Origin: Alphaproteobacteria bacterium | Lineage (GTDB): Bacteria > Pseudomonadota > Alphaproteobacteria > UBA2966 | DNA length: 64,000 nucleotides | Direction: 5' to 3' | Assembly: GCA_964291395.2 (NCBI GenBank) | Contig: OZ219856.1 | Span: 480,001-544,000, forward strand | In this document: positions 42,127-51,508 of the stretch, piece after piece | Layout: each line of letters starts with the position of its first letter | Numbering within the stretch: the first letter of the stretch is position 1 | Program-made: the position numbers and the translations under genes | The notes under the pieces: generated by a model | The model's database searches: none | What the model saw: the letters and a program-made list of their open reading frames with translations, nothing else | What the model was told of the DNA's origin: nothing

Positions 42127-42831
42127 GTGCGGATCAGGTCGCTTCACTTCGACGTTTTCGGGACCGTCGTGGACTGGCGCGAGAGTGTCGCGCGGGAGGC
42201 CGCCGCCATACTGGATGGACGGGGCGTCGAATGTGACTGGCGCGCCTTCGCCGACGCTTGGCGGTCCAGGTATCAACCGGCGATGGAGGAGGTGCGGAGC
42301 GGCCGTCGCGGGTGGGTCAAGCTCGACGACCTGCATCGCGAGAACCTCGAGACGGTTCTGGACGAGTTCGGGATGCCGGGTATCGGCGCCGGCGATCTCG
42401 GCCGCCTCAATCTGGCCTGGCACCGGCTCGACCCGTGGCCGGACGTCCCGGCCGGTCTCGCCCGTCTCAGACGCGGCTACATCCTGGTCACTCTGTCGAA
42501 CGGGAACGTGTCCCTGATGGTCGATCTGGCCCGGCACGGAGGCCTGCCGTGGGATGCGGTATTGGGCGCCGAAGTCGCCGGGGCCTACAAGCCCCGGCCC
42601 GAGGCTTACCTGCGGAATGCGGAGTTCCTGGGAATGGAACCCGACCAGTGTCTGATGGTCGCCGCCCACAACGACGATCTGATCGCCGCGAGCGCGGTCG
42701 GATTTCGCACGGCCTTCGTGTACAGGCGTTCCGAGCACGGGCCCGATCGGGGAAGCGGCATCGAACCGGAGCGCGACTACGACGTGGTCGCGGAGGATTT
42801 TCTGGAACTCGCGGACAAGCTCGGGTGCTGA
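42127..42831 (+). CDS. Haloacid dehalogenase type II
   Basis: FDVFGTVVDWR, LSNGN, YKP and MVAAHNDDL motifs; RBS AAGGAGG, GTG start. Confidence 0.92.
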   Translation: MRIRSLHFDVFGTVVDWRESVAREAAAILDGRGVECDWRAFADAWRSRYQPAMEEVRSGRRGWVKLDDLHRENLETVLDEFGMPGIGAGDLGRLNLAWHRLDPWPDVPAGLARLRRGYILVTLSNGNVSLMVDLARHGGLPWDAVLGAEVAGAYKPRPEAYLRNAEFLGMEPDQCLMVAAHNDDLIAASAVGFRTAFVYRRSEHGPDRGSGIEPERDYDVVAEDFLELADKLGC

Positions 42832-42850
42832 GGGTGGCGGGAGCGCCGGC

Positions 42851-43849
42851 TCACGTCTCCGACAGCCGGGACAGCTCGTCCCGTTCGTAGCGGATCAGCT
42901 CTTCTCCGCTCGTCAGCCGAACGCCGCCGCCGGCTTCCGCCTTGGCGATCGTCGCCGCCGCGTATCCGTCCGCGTTGAGGCGCTCGCAGGCGGCCTCGAC
43001 GGCGTCCGGCGGGAAGCCCGCGAGCAGGGTACCCGAGGCGAGGACGCCCCAGGGATCGAGGCCGAGCGCCCGGCAGATCCGGCGGCCGGGTTCGAACCAC
43101 TGCACCTCCGCTTCAGCCACGACGAGCCCGACGCCCGATGCCTCGGCGAGTTCGTGGAGACCCGCCGAAAGGCCCCCCTCCGTCGGATCGTGCAGGGCCG
43201 ACGCGCCCAGTTCGGCTGCTCGCAGGGCCTGGTTCACGACCGAGATGCCCGGGTTCTCGATCGCACGTTCGGCGGCGCGCAGGGAGTCGTCCGGTATCTG
43301 CGCAAGGGACGCGGCCGGCTCCGCGGCGAGAACGGCGGCCCCTTCGACCGGCGCGGGCCCGACCTGCACGACGGCGTCGCCGGCCGACAGGCCGCCGGTC
43401 CGCACGAACCCGCCGTCCTCGCGCAGACCCATCATCTGTCCCACGACCAGGGGCTGCGTGACGGCGTTCGTGATCTCCGTGTGCCCCCCGACGAGAGTCA
43501 CGCCCATTCCGTCGAGCGCCTCGTGCATGGCCGTGAACAGCTCGCGCACCTCCGAGGTTCCGGTGCCCGGCGGCAGGAGGACGACGGCCAGGAACCACCG
43601 CGGTCGGGCGCCCATGACGGCGACGTCGTTGGCGTTGACGAGGGCGGCGTGGGCGCCGACACCCTTGCCCGTGAGCGTGATCGGATCCGCGGCCGCGACC
43701 AGCGCGCCGCCGGGCACGTCGATGACGCCGGCGTCTTCACCCACCATCGGCGGCACGCGGACCTCCGGAGGCGGCCTGGCGGCGCCGGACAGGAGCTCGC
43801 GCAGAAGGGATGCCGGCAGCTTGCCGGGACGGAGTTTCTCCTCGGACAC
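42851..43849 (-). CDS. AIR synthase-related protein (HypE/ThiL-like)
   Basis: PGKLP, GEDA, DPIT, NANDVA, GGHTE and HDPTEGG motifs. Confidence 0.88.
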   Translation of the reverse strand: MSEEKLRPGKLPASLLRELLSGAARPPPEVRVPPMVGEDAGVIDVPGGALVAAADPITLTGKGVGAHAALVNANDVAVMGARPRWFLAVVLLPPGTGTSEVRELFTAMHEALDGMGVTLVGGHTEITNAVTQPLVVGQMMGLREDGGFVRTGGLSAGDAVVQVGPAPVEGAAVLAAEPAASLAQIPDDSLRAAERAIENPGISVVNQALRAAELGASALHDPTEGGLSAGLHELAEASGVGLVVAEAEVQWFEPGRRICRALGLDPWGVLASGTLLAGFPPDAVEAACERLNADGYAAATIAKAEAGGGVRLTSGEELIRYERDELSRLSET

Positions 43850-44171
43850 GGACGATCCTTAGCCGTCTCCGGGAGGCGAACGCAACCGAATTCACCGGTC
43901 CATAGCGTGCACGGGAGGAGGGTCGATGTGCGTGCGTGAAGTATGTCTTCGTTCGTGGCCTGCCGTCCGACTGCACTTGGGCCAATCGCAACTACCGTCA
44001 GCGTGCTGTGCCGAAAGCAGCCGTCAGATCTGAACGTTCGAGCCTTCCGGCCGCACCCTCGTCAACCAGCCGTTCCCTTCCGGGTCCTTGCCATCACCAA
44101 CTTACCGCCGCCCTCGTGCTTCGCTTGGATCGATGTGGTTCGCGTGCAGCAACAGCCTTGGTCGATCGGTG

Positions 44172-45692
44172 TCACATATTTGCGCCGCCATCGGTCTTGA
44201 CGAGCAGCAACAGCGGAAATGCCAAACAAGCCGTAAGCGTGTAGAGATAAAAGGCATTGATGTAACCGATCATCGCTGCTTGCCGCTGCATCTCTGCCGA
44301 CAAATTGATCAAGTCTGCCCGACCTTCGACGTTCCACATCCCGGCCAGTCCGGGATAACGGAACAGTTCGTTCAACAATGTCGCAAATTCAGTGAGGCCG
44401 GCATAGTTCGTGATTGTCGAGGTGACCACTAGCGTCACGCTAATCGAGATAAAGATGGAACTCCCCACGTTCCGCAACATATGGAACACGGCCGCCCCTT
44501 CCGCGAAGTCTCGGCTCGACAAGGACGAAAACGCGATCACCGTCACTGGGACATAGGTGATTCCAAGAGCGAATCCCTGAATGAAATTCGTCCAAAAGAC
44601 GTCCCAAAGGGTCAAATTCATGTCGAGGTGCGCCATGCCGACGCCGGCAATCACGTGGCACGCGAACCCGATCCCGACAGCGAGTCGTGGACTGAATTTG
44701 GTGAGCGGTACGACTACCGCGAATGACAGCCAGTTCCCGAGTCCGCGTGCGGACAGCAGCGTGCCGATGATTGATTCGGGAAAGTCCCTCAGGTCCTGAA
44801 GCAACGGTGGGAACAGGACCATCGGCGTTATGAACAATGTTCCGAATAGGAATCCGAACATCAGGCCGATGGAGTAATTGCGGTTCAGAAGCAGGCGCAG
44901 ATTGAGGAAAGGGTGCGGTGCGGTCAGGCTGTGGACGAGAAATATATAGAAAGCGAGGCCCGCGATGGCGGCCTCGATAATGATCTCCGGGGACTCGAAC
45001 CAATCCAGCCGCAATCCCCTGTCCAGCATGAGCTGGAAGGAGCCGACGGCGACGATCAGTGAGAGGAATCCAACCCAGTCCAGGCGTTGAGTGCGCCCGC
45101 GCCACGCTTCGCTCAGAAAGAAATTGCATCCGAACCAGGCGAGAATACCGATAGGAGCGATCAGGTAGAATGCCCAGCGCCAGCCGATCGCCTCCCCGAT
45201 ATGGCCACCGAAAACGGCACCGATGACCGTACCCCATACGGCCACCAGACCCCATGACGTCATGACGAAGGCGTGTTGCCTTCGCGGAAAGACATCCAGG
45301 AGAATGGCCTGAACCAAGGGAAACAGTGGAGCCCCGAAGAGGCCTTGAGCGAAGCGCCACATCACCAGTTCGGGTAAGCTGTCCGAGGCACCGCAGAGGA
45401 CTGTGGAAACGGTAAACCCCGCGATGCTCGTGGTCATCAAGCGGCGGCGGCCAATCTTCCCTGCTATCCAGCCGGTCAAGGGTGTCGCTATTGCAACGGC
45501 GACGATATGGAAGGTGACCACCCAGGCGACCTGATCCTGAGTAGCCGAGAGCGCACCTTGAATCTGAGGCAGGATGACGTTGACCACGGTCATTGCCATG
45601 CCGAAGATGAGGGTGCCGAGCGATAGCGATACCAAAAGCATCACTTGCCGGAAAAGCGGCAGGGTCTCGGCTTCACTGGAGGTCGCGGTCAT
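44172..45692 (-). CDS. DHA2 (EmrB/QacA-like) MFS efflux permease
   Basis: LPQIQGALSAT.DQ, motif A (GWIAGKIGRRR), WRWAF and DWFES.EI; about 14 TMs. Confidence 0.92.
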   Translation of the reverse strand: MTATSSEAETLPLFRQVMLLVSLSLGTLIFGMAMTVVNVILPQIQGALSATQDQVAWVVTFHIVAVAIATPLTGWIAGKIGRRRLMTTSIAGFTVSTVLCGASDSLPELVMWRFAQGLFGAPLFPLVQAILLDVFPRRQHAFVMTSWGLVAVWGTVIGAVFGGHIGEAIGWRWAFYLIAPIGILAWFGCNFFLSEAWRGRTQRLDWVGFLSLIVAVGSFQLMLDRGLRLDWFESPEIIIEAAIAGLAFYIFLVHSLTAPHPFLNLRLLLNRNYSIGLMFGFLFGTLFITPMVLFPPLLQDLRDFPESIIGTLLSARGLGNWLSFAVVVPLTKFSPRLAVGIGFACHVIAGVGMAHLDMNLTLWDVFWTNFIQGFALGITYVPVTVIAFSSLSSRDFAEGAAVFHMLRNVGSSIFISISVTLVVTSTITNYAGLTEFATLLNELFRYPGLAGMWNVEGRADLINLSAEMQRQAAMIGYINAFYLYTLTACLAFPLLLLVKTDGGANM

Positions 45693-45859
45693 GGAAGTCC
45701 GTTTTGGATCAGAATCCGTCTCCACGGGTAGACTGGAACCTGGAGAAGGAGCGGGGGACGCCGTTCATGGAGCCGGGAATGCCGGTCTATGGCGGCATGA
45801 TCAGCGGCCGGCACGCGGCGGGAAGCGGCGGGTTGCTCACGCTGTCGCGTCGCGTTTGA

Positions 45860-46945
45860 TCACTCACGCTCGGCCAGAAGCGCCAGGAGCGGCGGGTTGA
45901 CGTAGAGGTTCTCGCGCCCCGCCTTGATCTCCTCGAGGAGGCCTTCGGCCGCGAGGGCCTTCAGGTAGACGGCGGCCGTCTGGCGCTTGGCGATATCCGC
46001 TTTGACCACGTCGCCGATCCGGCAGCAGGGATGCACGAAGATCAGTTCCGTCAGTTCCCGGGAGTAGATCTTCGGCATCCTCTGTCGAATTGCGGCGCCC
46101 GTCTCGTCGAGAAGCTCCCGGATCGCGCGGATTTTCGCCGTCGTCCATTCGGCGGTCGTTCTGACGGCCTCCAGAATGAAGAGTATCCATGCTTCCCAGT
46201 CCTGCCGGGTCGTCACCTCGAGCAGATGCCGGTAGTACAGCGCCTTGTTCCGGATGATGTGCCGGCTGAGATAGAGGACGGGAATGTCGAGCAGGCCCTT
46301 GTCGACGAGATAGAGCAGGTTCAGCACGCGTCCGGTCCGGCCGTTTCCGTCGGCGAACGGGTGGATCGCCTCGAACTGATAATGCATGACCGCAAGCCGG
46401 ATCAGCGGGTCGGTCTCCCCGGTCTCGTGAATGTAGCGCTCCCAATTGGCGAGCTTGCTCCGGAGAACGTCCTCTCCCTCCGGCGGCGTGTAGATGACCT
46501 GCTGGTTGGCATCGTTCACCAACGCCGTTCCCGGCGTGTCGCGAATGTCCAGCTCCACTCCCTTGATCGTTCGACAGACTTCGATCGCGACGGCGGTCGA
46601 AACCGGCCGTCGGTTCAGCATTTCGAAACCGCGGTGCAACGCGGTGCGGTAGCGCAGAGCTTCCCTGGTGGCAGGGTCGGCTTGCCCCGCCGCGCCGTTG
46701 GCATGGCGGAACAGCCGGTCGGCCGTCGTCACGATGTTCTCGATCTCGGAACTCGCCTGCGCCTCGAGAAGGGGGATCGAGTTGATCAGCATCGCCTGGT
46801 TCGGGATGAGAGTCCCGGAGACGCGGAGCTCCGCCAGCGCCGCGCGCGCGGCGATGCAACTCCGAAGAATGGCCTTCGTTTCGGTTTCCGAAGCCGGCGG
46901 CAGGTCTGGAAGGTCGTTGAAGGGACGATTGGGATCGAACGTCAT
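45860..46945 (-). CDS. Fic family protein (self-inhibited class, C-terminal HTH-like region)
   Basis: HPFADGNGRTGR Fic motif; inhibitory SSEIEN motif. Confidence 0.93.
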   Translation of the reverse strand: MTFDPNRPFNDLPDLPPASETETKAILRSCIAARAALAELRVSGTLIPNQAMLINSIPLLEAQASSEIENIVTTADRLFRHANGAAGQADPATREALRYRTALHRGFEMLNRRPVSTAVAIEVCRTIKGVELDIRDTPGTALVNDANQQVIYTPPEGEDVLRSKLANWERYIHETGETDPLIRLAVMHYQFEAIHPFADGNGRTGRVLNLLYLVDKGLLDIPVLYLSRHIIRNKALYYRHLLEVTTRQDWEAWILFILEAVRTTAEWTTAKIRAIRELLDETGAAIRQRMPKIYSRELTELIFVHPCCRIGDVVKADIAKRQTAAVYLKALAAEGLLEEIKAGRENLYVNPPLLALLAERE

Positions 46946-47047
46946 GTCGATGTATCCTGCTCCCGTCGACACGTGTTCCGAACATGTCGATCGCATTGAC
47001 ACTTCACTCCGACGTGTCGATGTAGAGAGAATATATCGACACGTCGG
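46945..47047. promoter_or_regulatory. Two TGTCGA-N15-TCGACA inverted repeats upstream of fic
   Basis: 46945-46971 and 47015-47041; the second extends to a 16-bp IR (47009-47047) with one mismatch. Confidence 0.7.
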
Positions 47048-47157
47048 GCCGTAGCAAGCAGATCGACCGGGAATGTTGACCGCTGTCAATCAGGCGTCTC
47101 GCGCCTCCCGCAACGCTACGCTCCCGGGAGTCCGTTTGGACCCGCGATCCGGCCATG

Positions 47158-47267
47158 TCGAAAAAGTTTGCCGGACGGCATCGCCGCAATTCTTTCAGGT
47201 CAGGACGCGGAGCGCGGTTTCCGGCGCCTTGTCGAGCACCCGCAACAGGGCCCGCGCCGCCCCGGTC
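47158..47267. repeat. 110-bp direct repeat, left copy (3' end of the XRE antitoxin gene plus downstream sequence)
   Basis: Matches 49228-49337 with a single mismatch. Confidence 0.95.
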
Positions 47268-47380
47268 CTTTCGCGGGGAGCCCCCGACGGACAGCTCGCC
47301 TCTGTCCCGAACTCGCCGGTCCGCCGTTGCGAAATGACACTTTCATACCTATATTTCTGACAGAATTGCGGAACAGGACC

Positions 47381-47977
47381 ATGTCCAGCCTTCCGAAACG
47401 CATCATGGAGCACGCGTCGGGCCTGCCCGAGGCGACGCCGATCTGTCCGGCCGCCCTCCTTCACCTGGGCAAGCGCGCGGCGGTGGACCAGGCGCTGGCC
47501 CGCCTCGCCCGCGCCGGGCGGCTGATGCGCATCTGCCAGGGCGTCTACATGCGCCCCGTCGAGACCCGTTTCGGTCCCTGTCCGCCGCGCATTGGCAAGG
47601 CGCTCGAAGCGCTCTCCGGGCTCTGGGGGGAGATCATCGTTCCCTGTGGCGGCTCCGCGGCCAACCGGCTGGGCCTGACCGCCCAGAACCCCGTCCGCGA
47701 GGTCTATCTCACCTCGGGCCGCAGCCGGCGGCTGCATTTCGGGCGCGTCACGGTCGAACTGCGTCACGCTCCCCGCTGGCAACTGGCGGCGCCGCGCCGC
47801 AAGGCGGGCGAGGTCATCCGCGCCCTCGCCTGGCTCGGCCCGCGTGAGGTCGAGGAGGGTCTCGAGGCGCTCCTGCCCGGGCTCTCCGGTGCCGAGGTCG
47901 ACGAGCTCGCCGCCGCGCGGGCGGTCATGCCCATCTGGATGGCGGAACCGATCAGCGCGCGCCTCGCCGATGGCTGA
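47381..47977 (+). CDS. Type IV TA antitoxin, AbiEi-like (DUF6088)
   Basis: AVDQALARL...GRLMRICQGVY, AANRLGLTAQNP and YLTSG motifs; overlaps the downstream NTase. Confidence 0.85.
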   Translation: MSSLPKRIMEHASGLPEATPICPAALLHLGKRAAVDQALARLARAGRLMRICQGVYMRPVETRFGPCPPRIGKALEALSGLWGEIIVPCGGSAANRLGLTAQNPVREVYLTSGRSRRLHFGRVTVELRHAPRWQLAAPRRKAGEVIRALAWLGPREVEEGLEALLPGLSGAEVDELAAARAVMPIWMAEPISARLADG

Positions 47978-49001
47978 GACGCCGTACCGGTCGCTCTCCG
48001 CCGCCGACCGGCGCGACGCCCTGCGCGTTGCCGAAGCCGGCAGCCCGCACCGCGCGTTCCTGCTCGAGAAGGACATCTGGGTCGTCGCAACGCTCGACGC
48101 CCTGTTCGAAGCGCCCTTCGGCAAGGACCTCGCCTTCAAGGGCGGCACGTCGCTGTCGAAGGCATACCGGGCGATCCGCCGATTCTCCGAAGACGTCGAC
48201 ATCACCTATGACATCCGGGCCTTCGCCCCCGATCTTGTCGCCGATGCCGGCGCCGAGGCGCTGCCGCCCACGCGCAGCCAGGAACGCCGCTGGACCAAGG
48301 CGATCCGGGCCCGTCTCGACGCCTGGGTCGTCGACGAGGCCGCGCCGTCGGTCGAAGCGCAACTTCGACGCGACGGCTTCGAGCCGCGGGTCAGGGCGAG
48401 GCGGAGCGCCTGCGCATCGTCTACGAACCGCTGTTCGACGACTACGCCTTCGTGCGCCCGGAAGTCACGGTGGAGTTCGGGGCGCGCTCGACGGGCGAGC
48501 CCCGGGCCATCCTGCCCGTCGAATGCGACGCGGCCCCGTTTCTGCCCGATCTCGCTGTTTCCGCAGGCTCGACCGTCCGTCATGCTGGCCGAGCGGACCT
48601 TCTGGGAGAAGGCTACCGCCATCCACGTCTTCTGTCGGCAGGAGCGGAAACGCGGCGAGCGCCTGTCCCGCCACTGGCACGACCTGGCAAGGCTCGACGA
48701 TGCCGGCGTTGCGGCCCGCGCTCTCGCCGACCGCGCGATCGCGCATTCGGTCGCACGCCACAAGGCGATCTTCTTCCGTGAGAAGGACGTTGTCGGTAAC
48801 GAAATCGACTACCACGGCGCAATCGGCGGCGGACTGCAGCTGATCCCGTCAGGCCCGGCCCTCGAGGTGCTGGCCGACGACTACGGCAGAATGCTGGCCG
48901 ACGGCATGCTGCTCGATGTCGGCGAGCCCTTCGAACGTTTGATGGAGCGTTGCGCCGGCATCGAGGCCAGGGCAAACGCGCGGGGAGACCACGACGATTG
49001 A
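47970..49001 (+). CDS. Type IV TA toxin, AbiEii/AbiGii nucleotidyltransferase; two compensating frameshifts (about 48400 and 48555)
   Basis: LEKDIWV, FKGGTSLSK, RFSEDVD, RTFWEKAT and RHWHDL; the conserved VEFGARSTGEP lies in another frame (48452-48781 ORF). Confidence 0.85.
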   Translation: MAETPYRSLSAADRRDALRVAEAGSPHRAFLLEKDIWVVATLDALFEAPFGKDLAFKGGTSLSKAYRAIRRFSEDVDITYDIRAFAPDLVADAGAEALPPTRSQERRWTKAIRARLDAWVVDEAAPSVEAQLRRDGFEPRVRARRSACASSTNRCSTTTPSCARKSRWSSGRARRASPGPSCPSNATRPRFCPISLFPQARPSVMLAERTFWEKATAIHVFCRQERKRGERLSRHWHDLARLDDAGVAARALADRAIAHSVARHKAIFFREKDVVGNEIDYHGAIGGGLQLIPSGPALEVLADDYGRMLADGMLLDVGEPFERLMERCAGIEARANARGDHDD

Positions 49002-49100
49002 ATGCGATGCCGGGGTGTTGCTCGGCGCCGTCGCATGACCCCTCGGAACGAAAGTAAGTCAACAGGTTGCCGAGCCGATCGGCGACGAGTCTGCGTGCCG

Positions 49101-49150
49101 ATCAACAGTGAGGCGGCGCATGCGCCGCCTACAGACGCCTCATTGTTGAT
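49101..49150. other. Nested inverted repeat / hairpin
   Basis: Outer arms ATCAACAGTGAGGCG / CGCCTCATTGTTGAT; inner perfect palindrome AGGCGGCGCATGCGCCGCCT (49111-49130). Confidence 0.75.
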
Positions 49151-49227
49151 TACAAAATGCTTTTGATTTGCCCCATTATCGTACTGTAGGCACCGTCAGC
49201 TTACCTGAGGCGCCGCCTGGCGCATGA

Positions 49228-49337
49228 TCGAAAAAGTTTGCCGGACGGTATCGCCGCAATTCTTTCAGGTCAGGACGCGGAGCGCGGTTTCCGGCGCCTT
49301 GTCGAGCACCCGCAACAGGGCCCGCGCCGCCCCGGTC
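49228..49337. repeat. 110-bp direct repeat, right copy
   Basis: Matches 47158-47267. Confidence 0.95.
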
Positions 49338-49600
49338 GGGCGGCGCTTCCCCTGTTCCCAGTTGCGGATCGTCTCGTGCGACACGTCGATGCGCCGCGCC
49401 AGTTCGGTCTGAGTGAGACCGAGTCGCCGGCGCACTCGGCGTGCGTATCGCGCCATGTCCTGCATGGCATCGCCCTCGTCCTCCCGCTCCTGCGCCGCGA
49501 TCTCCGCCTCGGTGGCGGCGTCCACCCTGGCGGGGTCGGTCCGCCCTTCGGGCAGGGTGGACGGATCGTCGGGATCAATCCTGACGCGCGTTGTGGTCAT
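49265..49600 (-). CDS. XRE HTH antitoxin-like regulator
   Basis: RRRLGLTQTELA...TIRNWEQGKRRPTGAARALL; N-terminal TD.ARVDA.TEAEI. Confidence 0.88.
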   Translation of the reverse strand: MTTTRVRIDPDDPSTLPEGRTDPARVDAATEAEIAAQEREDEGDAMQDMARYARRVRRRLGLTQTELARRIDVSHETIRNWEQGKRRPTGAARALLRVLDKAPETALRVLT

Positions 49601-49666
49601 GATCCGCGACCTCCTTGCCATCCACTCATTCAAGCTCCATCCCCGCACATATAGGCCAATGGCCTA
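49597..49666 (-). pseudogene. Collapsed toxin gene (BrnT-like start) with retained operator
   Basis: ATG GAG CTT GAA TG (MELE[W], cf. BrnT MEFEWD) at 49640 fused to a short tail ending in an ATGA overlap; palindrome TAGGCC-AAT-GGCCTA at 49652-49666. Confidence 0.55.
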
Positions 49667-49944
49667 CCGACATCCAGGCTTGTGGTTCCAACGGCCGCCA
49701 ACCGGGCTGCCTCGTGGCGCTGTCGAGCACATTTTGAACTGACCGGTTCGGGCGTTTGGAGGCCCCTTCCAGTCGCCTTGCGTTTGCCATGAGGGTACGC
49801 TTGCCCCGACGCACTCGGCATCCACGAGCTCACCGCATCGCGCTCGAGCCCTCGAACCTGCGCGTTGCGCGAGCGTACAATCGACTCGCGTGGGGGGCTG
49901 CCCGGCATGGAACGCCCGCGGTCGCCGCTATGGAGGAGCGGATC

Positions 49945-51329
49945 ATGGCACGGACATACGACGCGATCGTCATCGGCACGGGCCAGGCCGGTCCATCGTT
50001 GGCGGCAAAGCTGACCGGGGAGGGTCTGAAGACGGCCGTCGTCGAGCGCAAGCTGTTAGGCGGCACCTGCGTGAACGTCGGCTGCATTCCCACCAAGGCG
50101 CTGGTCGCGAGCGCCCGGGCCGCACACATGGCGCGGCGGAGTGAAGACTTCGGCGTCGTCATCGAGGGCCCCGTCGAGGTGGACATGAAGCGGGTCAAGG
50201 CCCGCAAGGACGCCGTCGTGCGACAATCGAGCGAGGGCGTGACCGCTTGGCTCAGGAACATGTCCGACTGCACGGTGTATGAAGGGCACGCGCGCTTCGA
50301 GGACTCGCGCACGGTGCGCGTGGACGGCGAGCGGCTGCAGGCCGGGAGGATCTTCATCAATACCGGCGCGCGCGCGTTCGTTCCCGACCTGCCCGGCCTG
50401 GACGGGATCGACTACCTGACCAATTCGTCGATGATGGATATCGATGCTCTTCCCGAACACCTGGTCATCGTCGGCGGCAGCTACATCGGGCTCGAGTTCG
50501 CGCAGATGTATCGCCGCTTCGGAAGCCGGGTCACGATCGTGGAGATGCAGGATCGGCTGATCGCCCGCGACGACGACGACGTGTCCGAGGCGGTACGGGA
50601 CATACTGCAGGCCGAGGGGATCGAGGTTCGGCTGCGCGCCGAATGCCTGGCGGTGAAGAAGCGGAACCGGCAGGTCTCCGTTCGGGTGGAATGCGACGAG
50701 GGAGCCCCCGAAGTGGTGGGCAGCCACCTGCTCCTTGCGGTGGGCCGCACGCCCAATACCGACGATCTCGGGCTCGAGAAGCCGGGATCGAGACCGACCC
50801 GCGCGGCTTCATCAAGGTCGACGACCGGCTGCGGACCAGCGTTCCGAACGTGTGGGCGCTCGGCGACGTCAACGGCCGGGGCGCGTTCACCCACACGTCC
50901 TTCAACGATTTCGAAATCGTCGCCGCCAACCTGTTCGACGACGATCGCCGTTCCGTGAACGACCGGATCACTGCCTACGGGCTCTACATCGATCCGCCGC
51001 TGGGACGGGCCGGACTGACGGAGCGCGAGGTACGGGCTTCGGGGCGGAAGGCGCTCATCGGCAAGATGGCGATGTCGCGGGTGGGGCGGGCACGCGAGCG
51101 CAGTGAGACCCAGGGGTTCATGAAGGTGCTGGTCGACGCGAAGACGGAAAGAATCCTGGGCGCCGCGATACTCGGCATCGGCGGCGACGAGGTCATTCAC
51201 TCGATCCTCGACATCATGTACGCGGACGCGCCGTACACGACCATTCAGCGGGCCGTGCACGTCCATCCCACCGTGACCGAGCTGGTTCCGACGATGCTGG
51301 GCAACCTGAAGCCGTTGGAGGGAGCATGA
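49945..51329 (+). CDS. FAD-dependent pyridine nucleotide-disulfide oxidoreductase (MerA/RclA-like, no C-terminal Cys pair); frameshift near 50781
   Basis: GTGQAG, GGTCVNVGCIPTK and GGSYIGLE motifs; C-terminal half (ALGDVNG...HPTVTE) in the 50643-51329 frame. Confidence 0.9.
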
Positions 51330-51375
51330 CCGCTTCCGACGGGGGCGCTTCCCGGAAGCGGGGCGCCCCGCCGCC

Positions 51376-51410
51376 GTCTCGGCTAGTCTCGGCTAGTCTC
51401 GCCTAGTCAC
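51376..51410. repeat. 10-bp minisatellite (GTCTCGSCTA) about x3.5
   Basis: gtctc ggctagtctc ggctagtctc gcctagtcac. Confidence 0.7.
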
Positions 51411-51508
51411 GCATCGCACGAGACGCGTGCGGCGGTTCTTGCGGCGGCGGAGTTCTCCACGCTACCGTTCGCGGCCTGGATCGATTGCGGCCGCAAGGGG
51501 GGACCGAG

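Noticed and set aside
43990-44040. Possible degenerate palindromic repeat (GCTGTGCCGAAAGCAGC) next to the MFS gene
   Set aside because: Single weak copy; cannot be assigned to a repeat family without a search.
49101-49150. Integron attC site
   Set aside because: Only 50 bp, ends do not fit RYYYAAC/GTTRRRY, no clear extrahelical bases and no integron integrase.
49945-51329. Mercuric reductase merA
   Set aside because: No C-terminal Cys-Cys pair, no N-terminal metal-binding domain and no mer genes nearby.
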